The notes under the pieces are model-generated. The model ran no database searches. It was given only the letters and a program-made list of their open reading frames with translations, and was not told the DNA's origin. A DNA stretch of 62,982 bases, the filler included. It is 13 parts of 13 records of this genome, joined end to end, with 100 filler letters (N's around TTAATTAATTAA, not from the genome) between each part and the next. Parts side by side here need not be neighbours in the genome. Positions count along the whole stretch, not along the records: positions 7,121 to 11,921 come from SRR11831586_349; positions 12,022 to 16,774 come from SRR11831586_356; positions 16,875 to 18,887 come from SRR11831586_360; positions 18,988 to 24,210 come from SRR11831586_361; 9 more parts are not named here. One strand, written 5' to 3'. The translations under genes and the position numbers were made by a program. Of this stretch, positions 9,872 to 22,350 are shown piece by piece. The stretch's first letter is position 1. Each line of letters begins with the position of its first letter.

Positions 9872-11875
9872 ATGTCCCGAAAAGACCTTGCCAATGCGAT
9901 TCGCGCACTCAGTATGGATGCGGTACAAAAAGCCAACTCTGGTCATCCCGGCGCGCCGATGGGCATGGCTGATATTGCCGAAGTGCTGTGGAACGATTTT
10001 CTTAAACATAACCCTACCGACCCAACCTGGTATGATCGCGACCGCTTTATTCTTTCCAACGGTCACGCGTCGATGCTGCTCTACAGTTTGCTACATCTGA
10101 CCGGTTACGACCTGCCGCTGGAAGAACTGAAGAACTTCCGTCAGTTGCATTCGAAAACCCCAGGCCACCCGGAGATTGGCTATACGCCAGGCGTTGAAAC
10201 CACCACCGGCCCGCTTGGACAAGGTTTGGCGAACGCCGTCGGGCTGGCGATAGCAGAGCGTACACTGGCGGCGCAGTTTAACCAGCCAGACCATGAGATC
10301 GTCGATCACTTCACCTATGTGTTTATGGGCGACGGCTGCCTGATGGAAGGTATTTCCCACGAAGTCTGTTCGCTGGCAGGCACGCTGGGACTGGGCAAGC
10401 TGATTGGTTTTTACGATCACAACGGTATTTCCATCGACGGTGAAACAGAAGGCTGGTTTACCGACGATACGGCAAAACGTTTTGAAGCCTATCACTGGCA
10501 TGTGATCCATGAAATCGACGGTCACGATCCGCAGGCGGTGAAGGAAGCGATCCTTGAAGCGCAAAGCGTGAAAGATAAGCCGTCGCTGATTATCTGCCGT
10601 ACGGTGATTGGCTTTGGTTCGCCGAATAAAGCAGGTAAGGAAGAGGCGCACGGCGCACCACTGGGGGAAGAAGAAGTGGCGCTGGCACGGCAAAAACTGG
10701 GCTGGCACCATCCGCCATTTGAGATCCCTAAAGAGATTTATCACGCCTGGGATGCCCGTGAAAAAGGCGAAAAAGCGCAGCAGAGCTGGAATGAGAAGTT
10801 TGCCGCCTATAAAAAGGCTCATCCGCAACTGGCAGAAGAGTTTACCCGACGGATGAGCGGTGGTTTACCGAAGGACTGGGAGAAAACGACTCAGAAATAT
10901 ATCAATGAGTTACAGGCAAATCCGGCGAAAATCGCTACCCGTAAGGCTTCGCAAAATACGCTTAACGCTTACGGGCCGATGCTGCCTGAGTTGCTCGGCG
11001 GTTCGGCGGATCTGGCTCCCAGCAACCTGACCATCTGGAAAGGTTCTGTTTCGCTGAAGGAAGATCCAGCGGGCAACTACATTCACTACGGGGTGCGTGA
11101 ATTTGGCATGACCGCTATCGCCAACGGCATCGCGCACCACGGCGGCTTTGTGCCGTATACCGCGACGTTCCTGATGTTTGTTGAATACGCCCGTAACGCC
11201 GCGCGGATGGCGGCACTGATGAAAGCGCGGCAGATTATGGTTTATACCCACGACTCAATTGGCCTGGGCGAAGATGGTCCGACGCACCAGGCTGTTGAGC
11301 AACTGGCCAGCCTGCGCTTAACGCCAAATTTCAGCACCTGGCGACCGTGCGATCAGGTGGAAGCGGCGGTGGGCTGGAAGCTGGCGGTTGAGCGCCACAA
11401 CGGACCGACGGCACTGATCCTCTCAAGGCAGAATCTGGCCCAGGTGGAACGTACGCCGGATCAGGTTAAAGAGATTGCTCGTGGCGGTTATGTGCTGAAA
11501 GACAGCGGCGGTAAGCCAGATATTATTCTGATTGCCACCGGTTCAGAGATGGAAATTACCCTGCAAGCGGCAGAGAAATTAGCAGGAGAAGGTCGCAATG
11601 TACGCGTAGTTTCCCTGCCCTCGACCGATATTTTCGACGCCCAGGATGAGGAATATCGGGAGTCGGTGTTGCCTTCTAACGTTGCGGCTCGCGTGGCGGT
11701 GGAAGCAGGTATTGCCGATTACTGGTACAAGTATGTTGGTCTGAAAGGGGCAATTGTCGGGATGACGGGTTACGGGGAATCTGCTCCGGCGGATAAGCTG
11801 TTCCCGTTCTTTGGCTTTACCGCCGAGAATATTGTGGCAAAAGCGCATAAGGTGCTGGGAGTGAAAGGTGCCTGA
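9872..11875 (+). CDS. tktB: Transketolase 2
   Basis: [16 protein letters not shown] start after [15 protein letters not shown] ThDP motif; 667 aa. Confidence 0.98.
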   Translation: MSRKDLANAIRALSMDAVQKANSGHPGAPMGMADIAEVLWNDFLKHNPTDPTWYDRDRFILSNGHASMLLYSLLHLTGYDLPLEELKNFRQLHSKTPGHPEIGYTPGVETTTGPLGQGLANAVGLAIAERTLAAQFNQPDHEIVDHFTYVFMGDGCLMEGISHEVCSLAGTLGLGKLIGFYDHNGISIDGETEGWFTDDTAKRFEAYHWHVIHEIDGHDPQAVKEAILEAQSVKDKPSLIICRTVIGFGSPNKAGKEEAHGAPLGEEEVALARQKLGWHHPPFEIPKEIYHAWDAREKGEKAQQSWNEKFAAYKKAHPQLAEEFTRRMSGGLPKDWEKTTQKYINELQANPAKIATRKASQNTLNAYGPMLPELLGGSADLAPSNLTIWKGSVSLKEDPAGNYIHYGVREFGMTAIANGIAHHGGFVPYTATFLMFVEYARNAARMAALMKARQIMVYTHDSIGLGEDGPTHQAVEQLASLRLTPNFSTWRPCDQVEAAVGWKLAVERHNGPTALILSRQNLAQVERTPDQVKEIARGGYVLKDSGGKPDIILIATGSEMEITLQAAEKLAGEGRNVRVVSLPSTDIFDAQDEEYRESVLPSNVAARVAVEAGIADYWYKYVGLKGAIVGMTGYGESAPADKLFPFFGFTAENIVAKAHKVLGVKGA

Positions 11876-11882
11876 TGGTGAT

Positions 11883-11921
11883 TGCCGGATGCTGATTGCC
11901 GGATGCGACGCTGACGCGTCT
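11883..11921. repeat. REP element, partial at contig end
   Basis: TGCCGGATGCGACGCTGACGCGTCT matches the REP consensus. Confidence 0.8.
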
Positions 11922-12021
11922 NNNNNNNNNNNNNNNNNNNNNNNNNNNNNNNNNNNNNNNNNNNNTTAATTAATTAANNNNNNNNNNNNNNNNNNNNNNN
12001 NNNNNNNNNNNNNNNNNNNNN

Positions 12022-14055
12022 GATATCATGACGAGCATCATGGCTGGCCCGTGAACCACTACTGGCTTCATGTGAGTCAAGATCACTGCCATCAATGCTT
12101 GCCTTAGCTCCGGCCTGGAGACCAACCCCTCCACCGTTACCCAATACACTTATGCCTAAATGCCCTTTAGCATAAGCATCACCGTAAAGGCCAAGCGACG
12201 CATTTGTACTTCTCGAGGCCAGTTCTCTCGTCGCCTGCTCATTACTGATATTATGCGCCTTCGCATAGCTTTCCACTGCACTGCGCATACGGCTGGCCAT
12301 CATGGAGTCCTGAGCACTCATCGTGCTGTCAGCACCACCAGTGACAGAGTCACTGCTCCCCCGGTTAGAGCCAAACTGACTGAGTGTGTTCCAGGCACTG
12401 GCAATACTGCTGCTGAAACCATGCAGGGCACTTTCGGCTCTGTTCGACGCCTCCCGGGCCATTTCCTGTTGTGCCGCTGCAATCTGACGCGTTGCATTGA
12501 TACCGACCGGTAACCGGGACATCGCTCCGCTTGCATCCATCACCATATTACCGTCACGGGTCTGTGTGGCGGTTGCGCCACTGCCGGTCTGGTACATCAT
12601 CTGACCAAACGACGTGGTGCTGTTGGTGCTCCAGCTGAAGCCGTTCACGTTTTCCGTCTGCATGTTGCCGTAGGAGTAATTACCGTCAACCACACTGCCT
12701 GCTGCACTGGCCGTTGGACTGATAGATGAAGAGGCGAAGTGGCTGTACACGCTGGAAAAACCTGCGCCAAGGCCTTTTACCATCATCCATGACAACGGGG
12801 GGATCATGGCTGAAAGATACCCGGCAGTGGAGGCCAGGTTAGAGTATTTCAGCTGTATCTGAGAGAGTTCAGACAACACGACCGGCGCACCATTCTGTTT
12901 CGCATAGAATGTCATGGCACTGTTCAGAATGGCATACAACAACGGCCAGGTCTGCAGCCACATCAGGGCAAACACATACCCCTTTAATACAGACAATGTC
13001 AGCTTGTTAAAGACAGCCGCCAGTATCAGGAGCGGGAATATACCAATGGCAATCCCCGTCAGGATAGTCTGGACCATCGGCAGGTTTCGCATAGTTACAT
13101 GACCAATGGAGACATGTGCCAGACGTTGTTTCTCCATCGATGACGTGGTGGCCAGACTTACCAGGCTGGCGGTGTCACCGTTACGGGCTGCATTACTGGT
13201 GATACCCTCTTTCAGGGCATTCATGGTGACGTTCTGGCGCATAATCTGGCTGGCAGACTGACTGGAGCCGTAGAAATAACTGTAACTGTCACTGACCAGT
13301 TGTCTGAATAACAGGTCCGGGTCCGGTCTGCCGCCAAATATCTGCTGCACATAATAATGCCAGGTCTTGCCTCCCGTCTTTGTATCGAGATTCAGCCTGT
13401 CTTTCAGCGTGACCGACGCATCCTTACAAGTTATGAAATTATTATTGTTGTCATAAACGCCCCGTAGCGGGCTGGGGCGGGAAAAAATCAGCGTGTAGGG
13501 GTCAGCGGAGGCCATCAGGTCTTCCAGCGTGTATTTATGATTCAGGTAAATATCACCCAGCACGCAGTTCTGGACGTAGTCCTGGAACAGATTGATGATT
13601 TCCGGATTCCGGGACAGGAAATCGGTGCTTTTCACAATCAGATTCGCCCCGAACAGCATCCCCGTTTTGCTGTAGGTGACGCTGTCCGGTTGCGTGAAGA
13701 TCATCTCGTAACTGGCCACCATTGCATGCCCGATACGGGTCGTCAGTGAAAGTGGCATCGCCAGACCGACCGGCACATTATCCACCCGGTGAACTTTGAC
13801 CAGGTCACTGTTATCAATAATCTGCACCGATGTGCGGACATTAACCAGCAGGCTGATAAGCACAAACACGGCCACCCAGCCCAGCAAATCCATCACGTTG
13901 TGCCGCTGTACCCACATTACGGCCACCGCGAGAACAGACAATGTGAGCGCAATTTTTTCAATGGAATCCCACGTCCAGGTTCCCATAAAGGCGGCAATGG
14001 CGTTCAGGTTATTCCGCAACCACTCACCACCGGCAATCACATAAACTTCATTCAC
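12022..14055 (-). CDS. traG: F-plasmid mating-pair stabilisation protein TraG, 3'-truncated
   Basis: MNEVYVIAGGEWLRNNLNAIAAFMG start, follows traH. Confidence 0.96.
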
Positions 14056-15428
14056 AGCGTGCTCCCTCCGAAGTGATAGTTGTTCTGGTAACGACTGAGC
14101 ATGCGGGCGGAAAGCTGCTGACGCATGTAGCTCATCTGACGATCGACAACCAGCAGCGCATCCTGCTGTACCTGCACCTGTGACTGAAACGCCGCAATCT
14201 GCCGGGTGGCATCATTCATGTTGTCGTTAATATGCCCGATAACCGCTTCGTCATAATTTCCCGTGGCCACCATCGCCCGTGCCTGCTGTATCAGCTCCTG
14301 AATGTACTGCAGCAGGATGTCGTAACCGATATAGTCCGTCAGCTGGTAAATCATACTGTTGGAAACACCGAGCATCTGCGGGTCAACCAGGTATTTGAAG
14401 ACGGGGATGGTGGTACTGGAAATAAAGCCTTTTTCCTTGTCATCCAGAGGCGTGTCACTGACAGCCTTGTTCTGAATGCTGGCCAGAAGTTTAGTAATCT
14501 GAGACTTCAGTGCATTATCCCGGCTGATGGTCACCGGTGTGTCTGCCACCACTTTCAGGCATTTATCAGAATCGTTGCAGTGAGAAATTTTTGCTGTGCC
14601 GCCTTCCATCATGGCCCGGATAATTGAACGGTCAGTGGTTCTGGCTGACAGCGGTGTGATTTCGCCGTTGGGACCAAACACCAGTGAGCCGGTCAGCGTC
14701 ATCACAAACTCTTTCAGCTCTTTGTTGCCGTCAAACATTCTGTTTTTGGAAAGCGCATTCCACATGATGTTGATGTTTTTGGTCACCCGCTCCTTATCCT
14801 TGTCGCTGGCTTTATCCCTGACGCTGTCAGATTTCCCGCCAACGGTACATCCCTGCCGGGAAGCCGCCCAGTCAGCAAAAATATTGCTCTCACCGGCAAT
14901 GTCCTGACAGACTTTTTGCTGGGACACCTGCGTCCGGGGGAAAAGCCCGCCGATAATCCCCTGTGCAGCCTGGCAGGAACTGAGGTTCATACTGTTAATG
15001 TCGCTTGCCATTTTCTGCAGGAAGTCTTTTGCGGTTTTTATTTCCGGCACCGTTGTCTGCAGGGCAAGGTCAAAAAAGTAACCGGCAGCATTGCTCATAA
15101 TCTGCTTAACAAAACGCTGCAACTGCTCACCATTAATAAAACTGAACGAGCCGAGATAGGCGTCGATGCCGCCACATCCAGCATTGATATCCGGCAGCGT
15201 CATGGAAATTAGCTGAACATTTTTGACCTGAGTACGGGCATACAGGGAGCCACCGTAAGCATAGCCGGCGGCCTGCCCCTGCCAGACGCCCGGCTGTGTG
15301 GTATTGGAAGCAAATCCCAGCTTATTAAAGAACTGATTCATGTCGCTGTTCACATCCGCTGACGCTGCAGGCGTCACCGTCAGTAAGGCGGCACAAAGAA
15401 CCAGAAGAGGTTTAATGCGTGGCATCAT
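14052..15428 (-). CDS. traH: F-plasmid pilus assembly protein TraH
   Basis: Signal peptide, AGCGGIDAYLGSFSFI motif, 458 aa. Confidence 0.96.
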   Translation of the reverse strand: MMPRIKPLLVLCAALLTVTPAASADVNSDMNQFFNKLGFASNTTQPGVWQGQAAGYAYGGSLYARTQVKNVQLISMTLPDINAGCGGIDAYLGSFSFINGEQLQRFVKQIMSNAAGYFFDLALQTTVPEIKTAKDFLQKMASDINSMNLSSCQAAQGIIGGLFPRTQVSQQKVCQDIAGESNIFADWAASRQGCTVGGKSDSVRDKASDKDKERVTKNINIMWNALSKNRMFDGNKELKEFVMTLTGSLVFGPNGEITPLSARTTDRSIIRAMMEGGTAKISHCNDSDKCLKVVADTPVTISRDNALKSQITKLLASIQNKAVSDTPLDDKEKGFISSTTIPVFKYLVDPQMLGVSNSMIYQLTDYIGYDILLQYIQELIQQARAMVATGNYDEAVIGHINDNMNDATRQIAAFQSQVQVQQDALLVVDRQMSYMRQQLSARMLSRYQNNYHFGGSTL

Positions 15429-15805
15429 TCTTGCCCTCCCTTAATGTGTTCTCCCGGTGCATACGACATTTCAGCAGGAATATCTCGATATTTCCGTATA
15501 TTAATTCGTACATTGGGGACAGAAAAAAATGTAACAAGAAACCCGGCTGCAAGCGCATATAACGTATACGGAATGGCATATATCAGGATATTCCACATAT
15601 AACTCGAATTATTTAATTCCGGGTCCGCTTTCCACGAATCAATACAGGCATCAAAAATAATATCCATAACTGTCCATAAAACAATTCCGGCAGTCAGGAA
15701 TACCAGAGACAATCCAGCATACCTGCCAGTAATTCTGGAAATGTATTTATAATCTCGTTCTGTACTTCTGATTTTGAGTTCAGGATTACTTTTATTTTCT
15801 CTCAT
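15425..15805 (-). CDS. trbF: F-plasmid TrbF
   Basis: MRENKSNPELKIR, 126 aa with two hydrophobic segments, located between trbJ and traH. Confidence 0.85.
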   Translation of the reverse strand: MRENKSNPELKIRSTERDYKYISRITGRYAGLSLVFLTAGIVLWTVMDIIFDACIDSWKADPELNNSSYMWNILIYAIPYTLYALAAGFLVTFFSVPNVRINIRKYRDIPAEMSYAPGEHIKGGQE

Positions 15806-16133
15806 TATAAGTTCCCTCTGATATTTCCGATGATTCATTCAGACCGGTCATGCGGCTGTAATATATTTCAGACACCGAAATCCATCCCACAATTGCCCCC
15901 ACAAAAAACACAACAGAAACAGAAAAGGTAAGACTCAGCGAAACGACAATTTCTACAGGGCTGGCGGGATAAAAAAGCCCCTGACGGATAAAGGGGATAT
16001 TCAGGCTGACGATTATTCCCGTCACGATGCCGGATATTCCGGCAATGAGTAACACCACCTGCTTATTTCGCACCTTTTTTTCCTCCGTACATCTGCAAAA
16101 CGGTATCCACCCGCGCCATAAAACCGGCGGCAT
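15792..16133 (-). CDS. trbJ: F-plasmid TrbJ (start uncertain; alternative GTG at 16073)
   Basis: RNKQVVLLIAGISGI membrane protein downstream of trbB in F tra order. Confidence 0.8.
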   Translation of the reverse strand: MPPVLWRGWIPFCRCTEEKKVRNKQVVLLIAGISGIVTGIIVSLNIPFIRQGLFYPASPVEIVVSLSLTFSVSVVFFVGAIVGWISVSEIYYSRMTGLNESSEISEGTYNERK

Positions 16134-16608
16134 CCGTTGCCCCCTGTAAAAGCGGTAATGCCTCAAGCGTGTTGACGTTGACCAGGAAGGTGGTCGGTGT
16201 GGCCACCGGGATATTCGGGAAGAAGGTCTGCATCACGTCCGGTGGCACCGGTAATGCTTCAGGAAAGGCCGTATCCCCCTGACCATCCAGGGTGTAGGAA
16301 AAAACGGAAAAGCCGTACTGCTGTGCCAGCTGTTTCAGTACCGGGTCAAACTGGTGACAGTAAGGGCAATGCCCCTGCATAAACAGCACCACCTTCCAGT
16401 CGGCCAGGTTAACCTGCCTGCCATTACTGAGACGGAACCAGCGGGGAGCCGGCTTTGCTGTCCTGGCTGACGTGCCTGCTGCCGGTTGTGCAGGCTGCGT
16501 AGCCATACCCTGCGGATTCCAGAGTCGCTCTATTTCATCCCGGGTGGAGGCCTGCACAGCAGCGGCGCTCAGCAACAGGGTGAACAGCAGTGATTTAGTG
16601 AGAGACAT
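16063..16608 (-). CDS. trbB: F-plasmid periplasmic thiol-disulfide isomerase TrbB
   Basis: Signal peptide and CPYC thioredoxin motif. Confidence 0.94.
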   Translation of the reverse strand: MSLTKSLLFTLLLSAAAVQASTRDEIERLWNPQGMATQPAQPAAGTSARTAKPAPRWFRLSNGRQVNLADWKVVLFMQGHCPYCHQFDPVLKQLAQQYGFSVFSYTLDGQGDTAFPEALPVPPDVMQTFFPNIPVATPTTFLVNVNTLEALPLLQGATDAAGFMARVDTVLQMYGGKKGAK

Positions 16609-16774
16609 GTCCGCCCTCCTGCTGCCCTTCCATCATGGCCTGTTGCCTGGCTTCCAGTGCCTCACGCTCTTCCCGGCTGACACGGGCAATCCATGCATCC
16701 AGCACCTGGTATGCGCCGAACAGTACGAGAATGGCCGCAATCAGCTCCGCCAGAAAAAAAGCCATCCAGGGTTT
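16595..16774 (-). CDS. traQ: F-plasmid pilin chaperone TraQ, 3' part only
   Basis: Frame reads KPWMAFFLAELIAAILVLFGAYQVLDAWIARVSREEREALEARQQAMMEGQQEGGHVSH-stop, overlapping the trbB start. Confidence 0.85.
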   Translation of the reverse strand, partial: KPWMAFFLAELIAAILVLFGAYQVLDAWIARVSREEREALEARQQAMMEGQQEGGHVSH

Positions 16775-16920
16775 NNNNNNNNNNNNNNNNNNNNNNNNNN
16801 NNNNNNNNNNNNNNNNNNTTAATTAATTAANNNNNNNNNNNNNNNNNNNNNNNNNNNNNNNNNNNNNNNNNNNNAAAGACACTCTGCGCGACTTACGTAA
16901 CAACTACCGCGCACACGCAC

Positions 16921-18696
16921 CTCCTTGTACAGATGAGCCAGCAGTGAGAACGCATCTGGGTGACCGAGGTCACTCGCTGTCAGAAAATGCTGACTAGCAC
17001 GGGTATAGTCCCGCAGGTGGTCGTCCTGCGCTTCCGAAAAGATACGGCCTACAAATTCAGAAAAGAAGCAGATGTTAAGAAAAGCACAGAAGCAACATAC
17101 ACGAACACACATACACACGCACACACGCACACAATCCGTCCCACACACGCACACAATCCGGCCCAGACAGTACATCTGGCATCTCGTACGTCGAGCGACT
17201 GAGAACACGGGAGGAAATACGCACCTAAGAAATAATGGGCCACAGAATCGTTGGGGTTCATGCTGACAGACTCAAGGAACGCGTCACGGGCCAACCTAAA
17301 CGCAGACAGAAACAGTGAGTTACCAAGTGTGTGACATATTACAAAGTATATCGGAGCATCCGAGTCGAACAAAGACACATACAAGCGAATGTACAGTACA
17401 AGGAGAGAAAACCACAGACTCACAACAACGAAAACACACACATACACACACATACAGAGATATATATATTATACAGACACAGATTATACATACAACATGC
17501 ACGTACTCCATCTCGCCCCCCGCATGCTTCAATATCCCCAGGGCCGTTGCAGCCTCTGTGTTACCGCCGTGCATCGCCTGTGTAAGATACGATGCGGCTT
17601 GCACGGGATCCCGATCCACACCACGTCCCACAATATATGACTCGGCCGCTGCATAATGGCGCGTGAGAGGATGTATGTAAATGAATAGATGACGCGTAGA
17701 ACAGAGGGGCGCGGACACAACAATCACAGCTCGTTTCCGAAGCATGCACTTACAGTACGCACCGCTCATGACCTCAACTAGCGTACATGCACACACACTC
17801 TACCATACAACCGCACACTCTCTCCGCGAAGAGAGAGAGAGACACGCCTATACGCATGTATATTTATGTAGACGTGTATGTGCGTATTCGCACAACCATA
17901 CACATTTGTCCATTCACACAAACATACACACGCAAACAACAACACATGCACACACAGACACACACACGCCCAACGTCCGTACCATAAAGCTGAGCAGGGG
18001 CGTGACCGAGAGCCGCAGCCCTCTCCGCCCACATCTGAGCACGAGAGGCGTTTTGGGGAACACCCATTCCTTGTGACAGCATCTGCAGCGAGACGGGCGT
18101 ATGTCAGACATAGACACTCGAAAGTACGTGCCCGCCGCAACAACACCCACTACACACCCCCACCAGCATGTGCGCTCAACACACGCACACAGAGTTGTGT
18201 ACAACACAAACAATATCTCGCGCTAATCCACACAACACACACAGACACATGCACAACACACACCTGCAAAGCCATAGACATCGCCTGTATGTTCCCGCTT
18301 TCAGCCGACTCCTCACACAACCGCAGTGCCTCCGTGGTGTTCACAGGCTCACCGTGCAGACCGTTCGCAATGATAACAGCCCAGGCGAACTAAATAAGAG
18401 CGCAGGACGGAGCAAATGTGAGCGAATGTACAAGACAAGCATACATACACATACACACGAACACACACACAGAGAGAGAGAAGACATGGTTTAGGGATCG
18501 CGTTGGCCCCATATCAGATGCACCCACGTATACAGAACGGGTATTCGCACGAAGATTGGTATACGTAGGCATACACATATGAAACGCCGAATATTAAGCG
18601 TTTGAACACGACACTATTACCGAGTAAAACGATAAACGTCACGTACCATAGCGGCAGAGTGTTTCGCGGACGCCGCAGCGCGAATTAAGTGCACAC
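16921..18696 (-). CDS. Sel1-like repeat protein, internal part; exons 18696-18647, 18389-18264, 18082-17983, 17648-17507, 17295-17225, 17048-16921
   Basis: GT-AG introns with consistent phases; repeats such as G.GVPQNASRAQMWAERAAALGHAPAQ, GRGVDRDPVQAASYLTQAMHGGNTEA and RDYTRASQHFLTASDLGHPDA. Confidence 0.8.
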
Positions 18697-18861
18697 CTGT
18701 CGCAACAGCAATTTTCAGAGCGCATGCGAGCAAACACACACACATACGCGCAAAACGAACTAACCCATTCCACCGTGTATCGCGCATAGACACATCACCC
18801 GCACTCTTCCCCCTCCTTCACTCACTGACTCTCTCACCACTCCACCCACCCCTCACTCAAA

Positions 18862-18883
18862 ACACACACACACACACACACAC
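18862..18883. repeat. (CA)n microsatellite at contig end
   Basis: Perfect AC dinucleotide run. Confidence 0.9.
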
Positions 18884-18987
18884 GCACNNNNNNNNNNNNN
18901 NNNNNNNNNNNNNNNNNNNNNNNNNNNNNNNTTAATTAATTAANNNNNNNNNNNNNNNNNNNNNNNNNNNNNNNNNNNNNNNNNNNN

Positions 18988-21416
18988 GCAAATGCAGAAC
19001 GTTTTCTGCGTGTTGCCGATATTCTGGAAAGCAATGCCAGGCAGGGGCAGGTGGCCACCGTCCTCTCTGCCCCCGCCAAAATCACCAACCACCTGGTGGC
19101 GATGATTGAAAAAACCATTAGCGGCCAGGATGCTTTACCCAATATCAGCGATGCCGAACGTATTTTTGCCGAACTTTTGACGGGACTCGCCGCCGCCCAG
19201 CCGGGGTTCCCGCTGGCGCAATTGAAAACTTTCGTCGATCAGGAATTTGCCCAAATAAAACATGTCCTGCATGGCATTAGTTTGTTGGGGCAGTGCCCGG
19301 ATAGCATCAACGCTGCGCTGATTTGCCGTGGCGAGAAAATGTCGATCGCCATTATGGCCGGCGTATTAGAAGCGCGCGGTCACAACGTTACTGTTATCGA
19401 TCCGGTCGAAAAACTGCTGGCAGTGGGGCATTACCTCGAATCTACCGTCGATATTGCTGAGTCCACCCGCCGTATTGCGGCAAGCCGCATTCCGGCTGAT
19501 CACATGGTGCTGATGGCAGGTTTCACCGCCGGTAATGAAAAAGGCGAACTGGTGGTGCTTGGACGCAACGGTTCCGACTACTCTGCTGCGGTGCTGGCTG
19601 CCTGTTTACGCGCCGATTGTTGCGAGATTTGGACGGACGTTGACGGGGTCTATACCTGCGACCCGCGTCAGGTGCCCGATGCGAGGTTGTTGAAGTCGAT
19701 GTCCTACCAGGAAGCGATGGAGCTTTCCTACTTCGGCGCTAAAGTTCTTCACCCCGCACCATTACCCCCATCGCCCAGTTCCAGATCCCTTGCCTGATTA
19801 AAAATACCGGAAATCCTCAAGCACCAGGTACGCTCATTGGTGCCAGCCGTGATGAAGACGAATTACCGGTCAAGGGCATTTCCAATCTGAATAACATGGC
19901 AATGTTCAGCGTTTCTGGTCCGGGGATGAAAGGGATGGTCGGCATGGCGGCGCGCGTCTTTGCAGCGATGTCACGCGCCCGTATTTCCGTGGTGCTGATT
20001 ACGCAATCATCTTCCGAATACAGCATCAGTTTCTGCGTTCCACAAAGCGACTGTGTGCGAGCTGAACGGGCAATGCAGGAAGAGTTCTACCTGGAACTGA
20101 AAGAAGGCTTACTGGAGCCGCTGGCAGTGACGGAACGGCTGGCCATTATCTCGGTGGTAGGTGATGGTATGCGCACCTTGCGTGGGATCTCGGCGAAATT
20201 CTTTGCCGCACTGGCCCGCGCCAATATCAACATTGTCGCCATTGCTCAGGGATCTTCTGAACGCTCAATCTCTGTCGTGGTAAATAACGATGATGCGACC
20301 ACTGGCGTGCGCGTTACTCATCAGATGCTGTTCAATACCGATCAGGTTATCGAAGTGTTTGTGATTGGCGTCGGTGGCGTTGGCGGTGCGCTGCTGGAGC
20401 AACTGAAGCGTCAGCAAAGCTGGCTGAAGAATAAACATATCGACTTACGTGTCTGCGGTGTTGCCAACTCGAAGGCTCTGCTCACCAATGTACATGGCCT
20501 TAATCTGGAAAACTGGCAGAAAGAACTGGCGCAAGCCAAAGAGCCGTTTAATCTCGGGCGCTTAATTCGCCTCGTGAAAGAATATCATCTGCTGAACCCG
20601 GTCATTGTTGACTGCACTTCCAGCCAGGCAGTGGCGGATCAATATGCCGACTTCCTGCGCGAAGGTTTCCACGTTGTCACGCCGAACAAAAAGGCCAACA
20701 CCTCGTCGATGGATTACTACCATCAGTTGCGTTATGCGGCGGAAAAATCGCGGCGTAAATTCCTCTATGACACCAACGTTGGGGCTGGATTACCGGTTAT
20801 TGAGAACCTGCAAAATCTGCTCAATGCAGGTGATGAATTGATGAAGTTCTCCGGCATTCTTTCTGGTTCGCTTTCTTATATCTTCGGCAAGTTAGACGAA
20901 GGCATGAGTTTCTCCGAGGCGACCACGCTGGCGCGGGAAATGGGTTATACCGAACCGGACCCGCGAGATGATCTTTCTGGTATGGATGTGGCGCGTAAAC
21001 TATTGATTCTCGCTCGTGAAACGGGACGTGAACTGGAGCTGGCGGATATTGAAATTGAACCTGTGCTGCCCGCAGAGTTTAACGCCGAGGGTGATGTTGC
21101 CGCTTTTATGGCGAATCTGTCACAACTCGACGATCTCTTTGCCGCGCGCGTGGCGAAGGCCCGTGATGAAGGAAAAGTTTTGCGCTATGTTGGCAATATT
21201 GATGAAGATGGCGTCTGCCGCGTGAAGATTGCCGAAGTGGATGGTAATGATCCGCTGTTCAAAGTGAAAAATGGCGAAAACGCCCTGGCCTTCTATAGCC
21301 ACTATTATCAGCCGCTGCCGTTGGTACTGCGCGGATATGGTGCGGGCAATGACGTTACAGCTGCCGGTGTCTTTGCTGATCTGCTACGTACCCTCTCATG
21401 GAAGTTAGGAGTCTGA
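18988..21416 (+). CDS. thrA: Bifunctional aspartokinase I/homoserine dehydrogenase I, 5'-truncated, apparent -1 frameshift near 19752-19755
   Basis: Two ORFs (19051-19797, 19896-21416) carry consecutive ThrA sequence; the break is in a C run at KVLHP. Confidence 0.95.
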
Positions 21417-21417
21417 C

Positions 21418-22350
21418 ATGGTTAAAGTTTATGCCCCGGCTTCCAGTGCCAATATGAGCGTCGGGTTTGATGTGCTCGGGGCGGCGGTGACACCTGTTGA
21501 TGGTGCATTGCTCGGAGATGTAGTCACGGTTGAGGCGGCAGAGACATTCAGTCTCAACAACCTCGGACGCTTTGCCGATAAGCTGCCGTCAGAACCACGG
21601 GAAAATATCGTTTATCAGTGCTGGGAGCGTTTTTGCCAGGAACTGGGTAAGCAAATTCCAGTGGCGATGACCCTGGAAAAGAATATGCCGATCGGTTCGG
21701 GCTTAGGCTCCAGTGCCTGTTCGGTGGTCGCGGCGCTGATGGCGATGAATGAACACTGCGGCAAGCCGCTTAATGACACTCGTTTGCTGGCTTTGATGGG
21801 CGAGCTGGAAGGCCGTATCTCCGGCAGCATTCATTACGACAACGTGGCACCGTGTTTTCTCGGTGGTATGCAGTTGATGATCGAAGAAAACGACATCATC
21901 AGCCAGCAAGTGCCAGGGTTTGATGAGTGGCTGTGGGTGCTGGCGTATCCGGGGATTAAAGTCTCGACGGCAGAAGCCAGGGCTATTTTACCGGCGCAGT
22001 ATCGCCGCCAGGATTGCATTGCGCACGGGCGACATCTGGCAGGCTTCATTCACGCCTGCTATTCCCGTCAGCCTGAGCTTGCCGCGAAGCTGATGAAAGA
22101 TGTTATCGCTGAACCCTACCGTGAACGGTTACTGCCAGGCTTCCGGCAGGCGCGGCAGGCGGTCGCGGAAATCGGCGCGGTAGCGAGCGGTATCTCCGGC
22201 TCCGGCCCGACCTTGTTCGCTCTGTGTGACAAGCCGGAAACCGCCCAGCGCGTTGCCGACTGGTTGGGTAAGAACTACCTGCAAAATCAGGAAGGTTTTG
22301 TTCATATTTGCCGGCTGGATACGGCGGGCGCACGAGTACTGGAAAACTAA
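21418..22350 (+). CDS. thrB: Homoserine kinase
   Basis: [14 protein letters not shown]-kinase motif. Confidence 0.98.
   Translation: MVKVYAPASSANMSVGFDVLGAAVTPVDGALLGDVVTVEAAETFSLNNLGRFADKLPSEPRENIVYQCWERFCQELGKQIPVAMTLEKNMPIGSGLGSSACSVVAALMAMNEHCGKPLNDTRLLALMGELEGRISGSIHYDNVAPCFLGGMQLMIEENDIISQQVPGFDEWLWVLAYPGIKVSTAEARAILPAQYRRQDCIAHGRHLAGFIHACYSRQPELAAKLMKDVIAEPYRERLLPGFRQARQAVAEIGAVASGISGSGPTLFALCDKPETAQRVADWLGKNYLQNQEGFVHICRLDTAGARVLEN

Larger units (their letters stand above)
12022..16774 (-). mobile_element. Fragment of the F (IncF) conjugative plasmid transfer region
   Basis: Gene order traQ-trbB-trbJ-trbF-traH-traG. Confidence 0.95.

Noticed and set aside
7121-16774. Horizontal transfer of E. 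coli or F-plasmid DNA into the eukaryote, or F integration next to tktB
   Set aside because: All junctions are artificial spacers; no contiguous sequence links the segments
17049-18578. Many His/Thr- or Cys/Val-rich ORFs in the eukaryotic contigs
   Set aside because: Translation artefacts of CA/TG repeats within introns
20520-20522. ThrA WQKE versus WQEE as recalled for MG1655
   Set aside because: GGAA to GAAA is compatible with a homopolymer miscall or a trivial strain SNP, and the reference is from memory
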